DNA of 64,000 nucleotides from Actinobacteria bacterium casp-actino5. GTDB lineage: Bacteria; Actinomycetota; Acidimicrobiia; Acidimicrobiales; Ilumatobacteraceae. Shown in pieces: positions 10,500-19,344 of the stretch (within the stretch, counting starts at the first letter, position 1; every line of letters starts with the position of its first letter). The position numbers were made by a program, and so were the translations under genes. The notes under the pieces are model-generated. The model ran no database searches and had not been told where the DNA came from. It was given only the letters and a program-made list of their open reading frames with translations. The stretch lies in assembly GCA_001510385.1 (NCBI GenBank), contig LFFE01000011.1, positions 94,922 to 158,921 of the forward strand. Direction: 5' to 3'.

Positions 10500-10982
10500 T
10501 TAACTCGAGGCGCCAACTGGTTTCGCCGGTTCTGGCGCATCGTGTGGAACAAGGGTAGTGACTGGTCCTAAGTCGACGTCACATGAGGCCATCGCCCATT
10601 CGGCAATTGCCAGTGCCGCCGCCTCGCTCTGATATGCGGCTTCCGCTACACGTTGGATGCCATCTGGATCCCCGGGGACAACTGTGTTGGCTGTCTCGAT
10701 CGCATTCAGCAACGTTGACCATTCCTGTGAGACGGCAAGTGGAGCGAGATCGTCGAGTTGCCGGTACATCTCGAGTGTGCTGGAGAGTTCAAGTTCAGTA
10801 GCAATCGATCCGGCAACAATCGCTGAGCGATTCGTTCGTAAGCCTTCACAGAATGCTGCGGCGTCTCGCTCGGGAGTTGGATCGCCACAAGCGACCAAAG
10901 TTGTTCCTGTGATGCACACGCTGAACGCAATTGTGGCAAGACGTTTGCAACGCACAAAACGAGTGTGACACAACGACCGCAT
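10500..10982 (-). CDS. hypothetical lipoprotein
   Basis: Signal peptide with lipobox (TGTTLVAC|GDP) if the start is taken at the ATG at 10982 (or 11000). No recognisable domain. The longer ORF-track start would overlap comM. Confidence 0.5.
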   Translation of the reverse strand: MRSLCHTRFVRCKRLATIAFSVCITGTTLVACGDPTPERDAAAFCEGLRTNRSAIVAGSIATELELSSTLEMYRQLDDLAPLAVSQEWSTLLNAIETANTVVPGDPDGIQRVAEAAYQSEAAALAIAEWAMASCDVDLGPVTTLVPHDAPEPAKPVGASS

Positions 10983-11045
10983 AATTTGTCGCCACCTCAT
11001 TGGGTTAACGCCCCTCACCGCCAGTATTCGGAAGGACGTGATCCT

Positions 11046-12557
11046 GTGATTGCTTCTGTGACGTCGGCAACAATCCTTGGAGCACGCGGGTATTCGGTTC
11101 AGGTAGAGGTCCATGTGGGTCGCGGTTTGCCCGGGTTCTCGATGCTCGGTCTACCCGACGAAGCGTGTCGAGAAGCCCGTGATCGGGTTCGGGCGGCGGT
11201 CCTGAGTTCTGGGCTGAACTGGCCCGACCAGAAGATCACTGTCAATCTTGCGCCACCGCATCACCGCAAAACCGGTTCAGGACTTGATCTCCCAATTGCG
11301 CTCGGCGTCCTGTTGGCAACGCAGCAACTTCCGGCCGATGGCGTAGCCACAAGCTGTGTTATTGGAGAGCTCGGACTAGATGGTTCGATCAGGTCAATTC
11401 CGGGGGTGGCGCCGATGGTTGGGGTGCACCCAGAAGCAGATTGGATCGTCCCTGCCGATGGAGTGCGCGAAGCACAACTCGTGACGAGCGGAAAGGTTCG
11501 TTCAACCGCTTCATTACGAGAGCTCGTTGACGCCCTTGCCGGCATTGGTGACTGGGGAACCGTCCCGCCCGGCATCCAAAATGAGCGCACCGCCGACCTC
11601 GGACCAGACCTTGCCGATGTCCGCGGACAACCGGTTGCACGATTTGCGCTTGAGGTCGCAGCGGCGGGTGGTCATCACTTGTTATTCATTGGTCCGCCAG
11701 GATCGGGAAAGACGATGCTTGCAGAGCGGCTTCCGTACCTGCTCCCAGACCTCCCGCACGATATTTCGCTTGAAACAACTATGGTGCAATCTGCTGCCGG
11801 AGTTCGGCTTCCGCCTGGAGGTCTTGTCAGGCGGCCACCATTTCGAGCCCCTCACCACACATCGACTGCGCCTGCTCTTGTCGGCGGTGGTGCCCATCAC
11901 CTCCGTCCGGGAGAGATCAGCATTGCTCATGGAGGGGTTTTATTCCTTGACGAGATGGGACAGTTTGCTCCTGCGGTGATCGACTGCCTACGCGAGGCAC
12001 TGGAAACCGGTTCGATCTCGATTAGTCGCGCCCAGCATCACGTGACATTGCCTGCTCGATTCCAACTCGTCGGGGCGACAAACCCATGTCCGTGTGGTGA
12101 GGGTTTGCGGCCTGGGGCATGCAGATGTGATGAGCGGTCTCGTCGTCGATATCTCGGTCGACTGTCGGGGCCAATCCTTGATCGATTCGATCTACGCGTT
12201 GCGGTTGAACGATCTCAGGTAGGTGAACTCATGGCGACCGAGCCATCAGAATCAAGTGCAATTGTTGCCAAACGAGTTGAGAAGGCACGGCGTCTTGCCT
12301 TCGAACGTTCGGGGGGCGCCAATGCTGATATCCCGCAATCTGAGATCGATACGTTTGCGCCATTGTCGACCGCAGCAGTGCGTCGGTTACGGGCCGAACT
12401 TGATGCGGGTCACCTCACCGGCCGTGGGTTACACCGTGTTCGCAGAACTTCGCGCACGATCGCAGACCTTGAGGCCACACCTAATGAGATAATTGACGAA
12501 CGTCATGTTGAGATCGCGCTGTCTCTCCGCACTGCAATAGGAGTTGAGCGTCAATGA
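11046..12557 (+). CDS. comM: YifB/ComM family Mg-chelatase-like AAA+ ATPase
   Basis: N-terminal Lon-protease-like domain (GLPGFSMLGLPD, GSGLDLPIALGVL). Walker A GPPGSGKTM, then GVLFLDE and the ChlI-type C-terminus. Start set at the GTG at 11046 (VIASVTSATILGARG). Confidence 0.88.
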   Translation: MIASVTSATILGARGYSVQVEVHVGRGLPGFSMLGLPDEACREARDRVRAAVLSSGLNWPDQKITVNLAPPHHRKTGSGLDLPIALGVLLATQQLPADGVATSCVIGELGLDGSIRSIPGVAPMVGVHPEADWIVPADGVREAQLVTSGKVRSTASLRELVDALAGIGDWGTVPPGIQNERTADLGPDLADVRGQPVARFALEVAAAGGHHLLFIGPPGSGKTMLAERLPYLLPDLPHDISLETTMVQSAAGVRLPPGGLVRRPPFRAPHHTSTAPALVGGGAHHLRPGEISIAHGGVLFLDEMGQFAPAVIDCLREALETGSISISRAQHHVTLPARFQLVGATNPCPCGEGLRPGACRCDERSRRRYLGRLSGPILDRFDLRVAVERSQVGELMATEPSESSAIVAKRVEKARRLAFERSGGANADIPQSEIDTFAPLSTAAVRRLRAELDAGHLTGRGLHRVRRTSRTIADLEATPNEIIDERHVEIALSLRTAIGVERQ

Positions 12558-13678
12558 CGGTGCGAGCACCGAGCAACGCAGAAGTAGCTGCTGCTGCACT
12601 TGCTTCGCTGACAGCGATGTCTCCAATGAGGTTGCGGCAGGCTCTTAGCGAACGTGAGCCCGAGGGCCTTTGGGGCGATATTGAAGTTGGGCGGGCAAAC
12701 ATCCGTCGACTCTTTTCGAACGACAAATTTCGGCAACTTCAAACCGAGGCGCATCGGTTCGACATTGAGGCCACTCGGGCGCAACTCAGCGCGTGTTCGA
12801 CACGAGTCATCACGTGCATCTCAGACGACTTCCCTGCTGCACTTCGTGAAGACGGCGATAAGCCTCCGGTGTTGTTCTTACGCGGCGATCTGTCGATACT
12901 CCAACAACGGATGGTTGCCATCGTTGGCACTCGGCGCGCAACAGCATCGGGCAGAGCGACCGCCACAGAACTTGGTGAGCAACTTGCAGCAGCTGGCATT
13001 GTCGTCGTATCCGGTTTGGCCTTGGGGGTTGACACGGCGGCCCACCGGGGCGCAATGAGATGTGGCTCTACTGTTGCGGTGGTGGGTTGCGGGCTCGACC
13101 GGTGCTACCCGGCACGCCATCAAGCGGTGTTCGACGAGATGACCGAACAGCATCTGGTCATCAGCGAGTGGCCATTGGGTACGCCTCCAGCACCATTTCG
13201 TTTCCCGATGCGGAATCGTCTTATTTCAGCGTTGTCAGAGATTGTTGTGGTCGTCGAAAGTGGGGATACCGGAGGGAGTTTGATCACAGCGCGTGAGGCG
13301 CTGGAGCGTGGCCGAGCGGTGATGGCAGTTCCGGGAAGTCCACGTGTTGCAACGTCGAGTGGTACGAATGCCCTCATTCGTGATGGAGCAACTCCGGTGA
13401 CGAGCGTCGACGACGTGTTTGACGAACTTGGACTTGGTCCAAGTTGCCGACCGGCTCCGCAATCAACTCACCGAGTTAAAGGAATGGCGGTCGAGATCGT
13501 GCACGAGTTATCTCAAGAATCGCTTACGCTCAATCAACTCGTTGAACGCATGTCGACTTCAATCGGGGAGGTCGTGGTCGCTGTCAGTGAGCTTCTCCAG
13601 CACCAGATCATCACGGAGAGCAACGGTTGGTTCGAACTTTCAAGATCGACGCTGGTGTCCGGCAAAGAGTGTCAATGA
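12554..13678 (+). CDS. dprA: DNA-processing protein DprA
   Basis: Rossmann-like DprA core: VAIVGTRRATASG, VVSGLALGVDTAAHRGA, RNRLISALS. ATGA overlap with comM. The comM-dprA-xerC synteny is conserved. Confidence 0.88.
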   Translation: MTVRAPSNAEVAAAALASLTAMSPMRLRQALSEREPEGLWGDIEVGRANIRRLFSNDKFRQLQTEAHRFDIEATRAQLSACSTRVITCISDDFPAALREDGDKPPVLFLRGDLSILQQRMVAIVGTRRATASGRATATELGEQLAAAGIVVVSGLALGVDTAAHRGAMRCGSTVAVVGCGLDRCYPARHQAVFDEMTEQHLVISEWPLGTPPAPFRFPMRNRLISALSEIVVVVESGDTGGSLITAREALERGRAVMAVPGSPRVATSSGTNALIRDGATPVTSVDDVFDELGLGPSCRPAPQSTHRVKGMAVEIVHELSQESLTLNQLVERMSTSIGEVVVAVSELLQHQIITESNGWFELSRSTLVSGKECQ

Positions 13679-13696
13679 GCGAATACCCTCTCCTAT

Positions 13697-14602
13697 GTGG
13701 CTATCGATTTTGCAGTCGAGACCGATCAGGACGACCCCTGGCAGATCGATCGTTTTATCGCGTCATTGACGTCGCTTTCAGAGCGAACGATCGATGCATA
13801 CAAGACAGATCTTCGCATGTTTACCGAGTGGATTTCGCGCATGAATATCAGCGAACCTCTGGCAGTAAACCGGACGATGGTTCGGCGCTATGTCGCCCAC
13901 TTATCAACACGTCAGTACGCCCAACGCAGTATTGCACGCAAAGTCGCCGCAATTCGCCGCTATTTCAAGTGGGCATTGCGCCACGGTGCCGCGTTGACGG
14001 ACCCAACCCTTGGCGTGCACGTGAGCGGCGGGACAGGTCGTCTTCCACGGGTGCTCGATCGACGTGACCTCGAACACCTTCTCGAACCCGAGGTCGATCC
14101 GAATGAGCCGCTATGGCGCCGCCGCAGAGATGATGCTGTCCTTGAGCTGCTTTACGGATCTGGTTTACGCGTTGCCGAACTCTGTTCACTCGATTGCGCT
14201 GCGATCGATTTCACGCAGCACGCGCTTCGTGTGTGGGGCAAGGGTTCAAAAGAACGTCGTGTGCCACTCGGTGAACCAGCATCTGATGCGTTGCGTGCAT
14301 GGATCGAAATACGCTCAGACGCTGCCCCAAGTGAAGTCGGTGATGCCTTATTCACGAACGAGCGTGGCCATCGGCTCACTCCACGTGATGTGCGCCGCAT
14401 TCTCGACCGCAGGAGCGCCTCCCCAACACACCCGCATGCGCTGCGGCACACCTATGCAACACATCTTCTTGACGGCGGTGCCGATCTGCGCGCGGTACAA
14501 GAACTTCTTGGTCACGCTGATGTTGCAACAACGCAGCGATACACACACGTCAGCAAAGAGCGACTCACCGCGGCATACCGCCAGTCGCACCCTCGAGCAT
14601 GA
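13697..14602 (+). CDS. xerC: site-specific tyrosine recombinase XerC
   Basis: Phage-integrase SAM-like N-domain. Catalytic motifs LLYGSGLRVAEL, HALRHTYATHLL, LLGHADVATTQRYTHV. Its chromosomal context (after dprA) argues for Xer rather than a mobile-element integrase. Confidence 0.9.
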   Translation: MAIDFAVETDQDDPWQIDRFIASLTSLSERTIDAYKTDLRMFTEWISRMNISEPLAVNRTMVRRYVAHLSTRQYAQRSIARKVAAIRRYFKWALRHGAALTDPTLGVHVSGGTGRLPRVLDRRDLEHLLEPEVDPNEPLWRRRRDDAVLELLYGSGLRVAELCSLDCAAIDFTQHALRVWGKGSKERRVPLGEPASDALRAWIEIRSDAAPSEVGDALFTNERGHRLTPRDVRRILDRRSASPTHPHALRHTYATHLLDGGADLRAVQELLGHADVATTQRYTHVSKERLTAAYRQSHPRA

Positions 14603-15393
14603 CGCCTCCACCGCCACCGGCGGGTCAGCGTCCGGGTCTTGTCGATGCTGCGACCGAGTTGGCCGAGCAGTGGCGTCGTTGGAGTCGACGTCGCACGCCT
14701 TCAGCTCGGGACCACCTCATCGTGCATTACTCGCCGCTGGTGAAATTCGTTGCAGGACGTGTGGGCTCAGGTCTTCCGCGATCGGTAGACCCATCCGACC
14801 TTGTCGGGTATGGGGTATTTGGGCTGATCGACGCCATCGAAAAATTCGATGTTGCGCATGGCGTGAAGTTCGAGACGTACGCGGCGCCACGGATCCGGGG
14901 CGCCATATACGACGGTCTTCGCGAGCTCGATTGGGTGCCTCGAACGGTACGCACCCACGCTCGACGGATAGAGCAAGCGATGTCAGATCTCGAGCGCGAG
15001 TTGGGGCGCTCACCGAGCGAGGACGAACTCGCTGCGAAACTCGAAATCTCGACCGGCGAGTTGGAGTCGTGGCTTTCCGAGGTCGCCACCACAACGGTAG
15101 GCACGCTCGATCGGGCGATTTCGTTGGGCTTCGAACCCGAAGCAGACGAACTCGATGGGGCGCATACTCCTGTGGTTGCGGTCGAAGCCGAAGAGCTTCG
15201 TGTGGTGATTCGAGCGGCAGTTCGCGATCTCCCCGACCGGGAGCGACTCGTTCTGTCGCTGTATTACGACGAGAATCTGACATTGGCAGATATTGCCGAA
15301 ATCCTCGATGTCACCGAGTCTCGGGTATCTCAATTGCACGCGCGTTCTGTGCTACACCTCCGGTCCCGGCTACGGGCTGCTGGCCACCTGTAG
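14599..15393 (+). CDS. RNA polymerase sigma factor, FliA/WhiG (sigma-28) family
   Basis: Region 2 (DLVGYGVFGLIDAIEKFD, FETYAAPRIRGAI) and region 4.2 (LTLADIAEILDVTESRVSQLH), with the ESRVSQ signature of the FliA/WhiG group. ATGA overlap with the xerC stop. Confidence 0.85.
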   Translation: MTPPPPPAGQRPGLVDAATELAEQWRRWSRRRTPSARDHLIVHYSPLVKFVAGRVGSGLPRSVDPSDLVGYGVFGLIDAIEKFDVAHGVKFETYAAPRIRGAIYDGLRELDWVPRTVRTHARRIEQAMSDLERELGRSPSEDELAAKLEISTGELESWLSEVATTTVGTLDRAISLGFEPEADELDGAHTPVVAVEAEELRVVIRAAVRDLPDRERLVLSLYYDENLTLADIAEILDVTESRVSQLHARSVLHLRSRLRAAGHL

Positions 15394-15412
15394 CCATCCC
15401 AACCCGGCAGCA

Positions 15413-16138
15413 ATGATCATTGCTGCCTTCGCATTCTTGGCTTTTCTGGCAGGCGGATTGTCCCACTTGGACGATCCGATGGTGTTGACGTTTGCGGCAC
15501 TGGACGCGAAATCAAGTGAGACCTCTTTAGTTGTATCTCAGGTGTTCAGCGACGTTTGGGCAGAACGAACGTGTTGGCGAGCACCCGTAGACCGTCCAAT
15601 TTTTGATCCATTTCGACCACCTGAATGCCGACGGTGCTCGGGAAATCGCGGAGTGAAGTTTGCCGCTGAGCCAGGTGACGAAGTCCGGTCTGTCGTCACT
15701 GGCACGGTGTGGTTTCACGGAACGGTTGGCGGCACCGGCTATCTGACCTTGTTGGTTGAGGGGAGCGTGGTTTCGTTATTGGTAACGATCGGGGGCATCG
15801 AAGTGCCCGATCGTTACCCGCGGGGTTCGGCTGTCGCGGCAGGTGACCCGGTCGGACTGGCCACAGGTATGGTTCACCTTGGCATCCGCTCGAATGGTCG
15901 TTATATCGATCCCGAACTTTGGTTATCTGCTGCACCAAACCGAGTTCGACTTGTCCCGGTAACCGAACCCCCTCGACTGGCGCAGATGCGAACCTCGTGC
16001 TCGAGTGATTTCCTCGGTGAAAACCCACCTCCTTGGCGATATCGTGACAGACGGCCTACCAACCGGTCGGCACCTGAACGTTCAGGTCACTCGAGATCAG
16101 AAATGTTCATGTCATCTGCGGTCGTTTCGGCGCCCTGA
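15413..16138 (+). CDS. membrane-anchored LytM (M23 peptidase-like) domain protein, probably degenerate
   Basis: N-terminal TM helix (MIIAAFAFLAFLAGGL). LytM-like core: FDPFRPP...GNRGVKFAAEPGDEVRSVVTGTVWFHG...GDPVGLA...VHLGIRSNGRYIDP. It sits upstream of rpsB, as in other actinobacteria. Start trimmed to the ATG at 15413. The C-terminal ~60 aa are low-confidence. Confidence 0.62.
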   Translation: MIIAAFAFLAFLAGGLSHLDDPMVLTFAALDAKSSETSLVVSQVFSDVWAERTCWRAPVDRPIFDPFRPPECRRCSGNRGVKFAAEPGDEVRSVVTGTVWFHGTVGGTGYLTLLVEGSVVSLLVTIGGIEVPDRYPRGSAVAAGDPVGLATGMVHLGIRSNGRYIDPELWLSAAPNRVRLVPVTEPPRLAQMRTSCSSDFLGENPPPWRYRDRRPTNRSAPERSGHSRSEMFMSSAVVSAP

Positions 16139-16175
16139 CATGAGCCCCAACCGCAACCCTAAATAGGAGACTCTC

Positions 16176-17123
16176 ATGGCTCTCATCAGCATGCGTCAAA
16201 TGATTGAGGCAGGTGCGCACTTTGGCCACCAGACCCGTCGTTGGAACCCGAAAATGCGCCGTTTCATTTTTGGAGAGCGCAACGGCATCTACATCATTGA
16301 CCTTGACCAAACACTGAACCGTGTCGAGACCGCATACAACTTCCTGCGTGACCTCGTCGCCGACGGCGGCAATGTTCTCTTCGTTGGAACGAAGAAGCAG
16401 GCACAAGACCCCATTCGTGAAGCAGCTGACCGCTGCGGCATGCCCTATGTGAACGAACGTTGGCTCGGTGGAATGCTCACCAACTTCGGAACGATTTCGC
16501 TTCGAGTGAACAAGATGCTCGAACTTGAGCGTCAAAAAGCGATCGGCGAGTTCGATCTCATGATCAAGAAAGAGGCTCTGCTGCTCGATCGTGAACTCAC
16601 GAAGTTGCAGCGAAACCTCAGTGGTCTTCGCTCGATGAAGAAAGCTCCTGACGCGATTTTCGTGCTCGACACGATGAAAGAGCACATTGCAATCACCGAG
16701 GCAAACAAGCTCGGAATTCCGGTTGTTGCGGTTGTTGACACGAACGTTGATCCTGATTCGATTCAGTTCCCTATCCCAGGAAACGACGACGCAATTCGCG
16801 CAAACGCGTTGTTCGCAAATGTGATCGCTGAAGCCGTGCTTGAAGGCCGGTACATCGCTTCTCGTCGTCCGCAGGCGGCTCCTGCGAATCCGGAGCCAAA
16901 AGAGCGCACCCCAGAAGAAGAAGCAGCATTCGCGCAAGCTCAGGCTGAAGCCCGTTCGGCTGCAGCCCGTGCTCAAGCAGAGCGTGAGGCTCGGATGGCC
17001 GCAAAGAAAGCGGCCGATGAAGCCGCCGTTGATGCTCCTGCCGCCGAAGAAGCTTCAGAAGCCGCCATTGATGCTCCTGCTGCCGAAGAGGCTCCGGAAG
17101 TCGATGCGTCGACTGAGTCCTGA
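16176..17123 (+). CDS. rpsB: 30S ribosomal protein S2 with Ala/Glu-rich C-terminal extension
   Basis: [27 protein letters not shown] and the rest of the S2 core. AGGAGA Shine-Dalgarno sequence upstream. Confidence 0.96.
   Translation: MALISMRQMIEAGAHFGHQTRRWNPKMRRFIFGERNGIYIIDLDQTLNRVETAYNFLRDLVADGGNVLFVGTKKQAQDPIREAADRCGMPYVNERWLGGMLTNFGTISLRVNKMLELERQKAIGEFDLMIKKEALLLDRELTKLQRNLSGLRSMKKAPDAIFVLDTMKEHIAITEANKLGIPVVAVVDTNVDPDSIQFPIPGNDDAIRANALFANVIAEAVLEGRYIASRRPQAAPANPEPKERTPEEEAAFAQAQAEARSAAARAQAEREARMAAKKAADEAAVDAPAAEEASEAAIDAPAAEEAPEVDASTES
17022..17099 (+). repeat. 2 x 39-nt in-frame tandem repeat within the rpsB 3' extension
   Basis: gccgccgttgatgctcctgccgccgaagaagcttcagaa is followed directly by gccgccattgatgctcctgctgccgaagaggctccggaa. 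They encode [13 protein letters not shown] and [13 protein letters not shown]. Confidence 0.8.
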
Positions 17124-17147
17124 ACAGATTTGAAAGAAGGCTGACAC

Positions 17148-17936
17148 ATGTCATTCACCGCACAAGACGTAAAAGCTCTGCGCGAATCAACTGGCGCAGG
17201 AATGATGGACTGTAAGAAGGCGCTCGAGGAATCCTCAGGCGATATTGATGCCGCAAAGCAGTACCTCCGCGAGAAGGGCTTGGCCGCAAGCGCCAAACGC
17301 GACGACCGCGAGAACAATCAGGGTCTCGTCGCCCTCGGTATCGAGGGTGCAACTGCTGCAATGGTTCAGTTGAAGTGTGAGACCGACTTTGTTGCCGGCA
17401 GCGAACACTTCATCAACGAGGCGACCGAACTTCTCGAGGCAGTACTCGCCGGCGGTGCCGATGCAGTTGCGAGTCGAGAGACCCAACTTGAGGAACTCCG
17501 TATTCTGTTGAAGGAGAAGATCGAACTCGGTGATGTCGTACACATGGTCGCGGCAGACGGAAACACCATTGGCCACTACGAGCACATTCAGGGTGGTCGG
17601 GGAGTCAACGGCGTCCTCGTTGAGATGTCAGGTGCAAGCGATGAACTTGCTCACGACATCGCAGTCCACATTGCATTCGCCCGTCCGCAGTATTTAAACC
17701 GCGATGATGTTCCTGCCGATGTTGTGGCTGCTGAGCGCTCAACCCTTGAAACGATTACTCGCAATGAGGGCAAGCCCGAACAGGCGATCGACAAGATTGT
17801 TGAGGGTCGAATCGGCGGATTCTTCAAAGATGTCTGCTTGCTGGAGCAGCCATTTGCGAAAGACGATAAGCAGTCAATCCAGCAAGTGATTGGCTCCGCC
17901 GGAATCGTCCGGTTCGCTCAGGTCGAGATCGGCTGA
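17148..17936 (+). CDS. tsf: translation elongation factor Ts
   Basis: N-terminal UBA-like motif VKALRESTGAGMMDCKKAL and a colinear EF-Ts core. Conserved position after rpsB. Confidence 0.95.
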   Translation: MSFTAQDVKALRESTGAGMMDCKKALEESSGDIDAAKQYLREKGLAASAKRDDRENNQGLVALGIEGATAAMVQLKCETDFVAGSEHFINEATELLEAVLAGGADAVASRETQLEELRILLKEKIELGDVVHMVAADGNTIGHYEHIQGGRGVNGVLVEMSGASDELAHDIAVHIAFARPQYLNRDDVPADVVAAERSTLETITRNEGKPEQAIDKIVEGRIGGFFKDVCLLEQPFAKDDKQSIQQVIGSAGIVRFAQVEIG

Positions 17937-17948
17937 GATAATTCACAC

Positions 17949-18692
17949 ATGGCTGACGATTCGACGACCACCCCACGATGGCGACGAATCGTCTTCAAGC
18001 CCTCAGGTGAGGCCCTAGCTGGACCGTCAGGTCGGGGGCTTGATGGTCCAACGCTTGATGCAACTGCTCGAGAGATCATCGATCTTCGTCAAAACCTAGG
18101 TGTTGACGTCGCTGTCGTTGTTGGAGGTGGAAACTTCTGGCGAGGGCGAATCGGTGCGATGGAAGGCATGGATGCCACGCAGAGCGATCACATCGGAATG
18201 CTGGGCACGGTGATGAATGCGTTGGCCCTTCAGGACGCTCTCGAACGTCAAGGTCAGGCGACTCGGGTCCAATCAGCGATTGAGATGCCGAGAATCGCTG
18301 AGGCCTACATTCGTCGGCGTGCGGTTCGCCACCTCGAAAAGGGTCGCGTCGTCATCTTCGCAGCAGGAACTGGAAACCCGTTTTTCACTACCGATACTGC
18401 TGCTGCGCTGCGTGCTGCGGAAATTGAAGCCGATGCCCTGCTGAAGGGCACGCACTCAGGTGTCGATGGTGTGTATGACGCTGACCCTCGTATCGATGAC
18501 ACAGCGGTGAAGTACGACGAAGTTGGCTACATGGAAGTCATGACGAAGAACTTGAAGGTCATGGATGCCACCGCTATCGCGTTCTGCCGGGACAACTCGA
18601 TACCGATCGTTGTCTTCGACATGACAACACCTGGAGCACTGCGCTCAATTCTATGCGGAGACGCAGTCGGCACGATGGTGCACGACGTCTGA
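17949..18692 (+). CDS. pyrH: UMP kinase
   Basis: [38 protein letters not shown] motifs. Confidence 0.95.
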   Translation: MADDSTTTPRWRRIVFKPSGEALAGPSGRGLDGPTLDATAREIIDLRQNLGVDVAVVVGGGNFWRGRIGAMEGMDATQSDHIGMLGTVMNALALQDALERQGQATRVQSAIEMPRIAEAYIRRRAVRHLEKGRVVIFAAGTGNPFFTTDTAAALRAAEIEADALLKGTHSGVDGVYDADPRIDDTAVKYDEVGYMEVMTKNLKVMDATAIAFCRDNSIPIVVFDMTTPGALRSILCGDAVGTMVHDV

Positions 18693-18772
18693 GGCAGTTG
18701 ACACCTCCTCAGAAACGGTCAACATTTTGTTGCTGTCCCCAACGGGGTACCGCGGATGGGTACGCTGGAGGA

Positions 18773-19330
18773 GTGATCGACGAGACCATTCTCGAGTCCA
18801 TCGAAAAGATGGAGAAAGCCGTACTGCACGTGCAGTCCCAGTTTGCGACGGTTCGGACTGGGCGGGCGGCTCCTGCTCTTGTCGAGCACCTACAGGTTGA
18901 GTACTACGGTGCGCACGTCCCGCTTCAGCAACTGGCATCAATTCAGGTTCCGGAAGCTCGTCAACTACTCATCAAGCCGCATGATCGGGGCTCGCTGGCA
19001 GCAGTCGAGAAAGCGATTAGAGACAGTGATCTTGGCGTCACCCCGAACAACGATGGCGTGGTGATTCGGTTGAACTTTCCGGCGTTGACCGAAGAACGGC
19101 GACGCGATTACGTGAAAGTCGCAAAAAACATGGCCGAAGATGGTCGCATTGCGGTGAGGAACATACGTCGAGACGCTCGCAAGGCGCTTGAAAGTGCAGA
19201 AAAAGGTGGCGAAATCTCCGCTGATGATCTCGACCGGGCAGAGAAAGAACTCGATAAGTACACCCACGAACATGTGGAGCGAATTGATCAGGGGCTCGGC
19301 CGCAAAGAGACCGAACTCCTCGAGGTGTAG
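18773..19330 (+). CDS. frr: ribosome recycling factor
   Basis: The RRF core starts at VIDETILESIEKMEKAV. The GTG at 18773 is preceded by GGAGGA and gives the usual ~185 aa. The longer ORF-track start overlaps pyrH. Confidence 0.93.
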   Translation: MIDETILESIEKMEKAVLHVQSQFATVRTGRAAPALVEHLQVEYYGAHVPLQQLASIQVPEARQLLIKPHDRGSLAAVEKAIRDSDLGVTPNNDGVVIRLNFPALTEERRRDYVKVAKNMAEDGRIAVRNIRRDARKALESAEKGGEISADDLDRAEKELDKYTHEHVERIDQGLGRKETELLEV

Positions 19331-19344
19331 AGAGGTGATGCGCA

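Noticed and set aside
13697-14602. The tyrosine recombinase as a possible integrase of a mobile element, and the tRNA-Leu at 4692-4771 as a possible integration site.
   Set aside because: - The recombinase sits in the conserved comM-dprA-xerC-...-rpsB housekeeping block, with Xer-type motifs.
- I saw no direct repeat of the tRNA 3' end, and no phage, transposase or conjugation genes anywhere in the window.
14064-15416. A 450-aa plus-strand ORF spanning the xerC 3' half and the whole sigma-factor gene in a third frame.
   Set aside because: - It overlaps two genes with strong family signatures.
- Its translation is Arg/Ser/Cys-rich low-complexity sequence, typical of off-frame ORFs in GC-rich DNA.
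- It has no recognisable motif.
16107-16976. A 289-aa ORF antisense to rpsB.
   Set aside because: - It is entirely antisense to a highly conserved ribosomal protein gene.
- Its composition is odd (Arg/Asn/Phe-rich) and it has no motif.
- Long antisense ORFs are expected by chance opposite genes with few reverse-complement stops.
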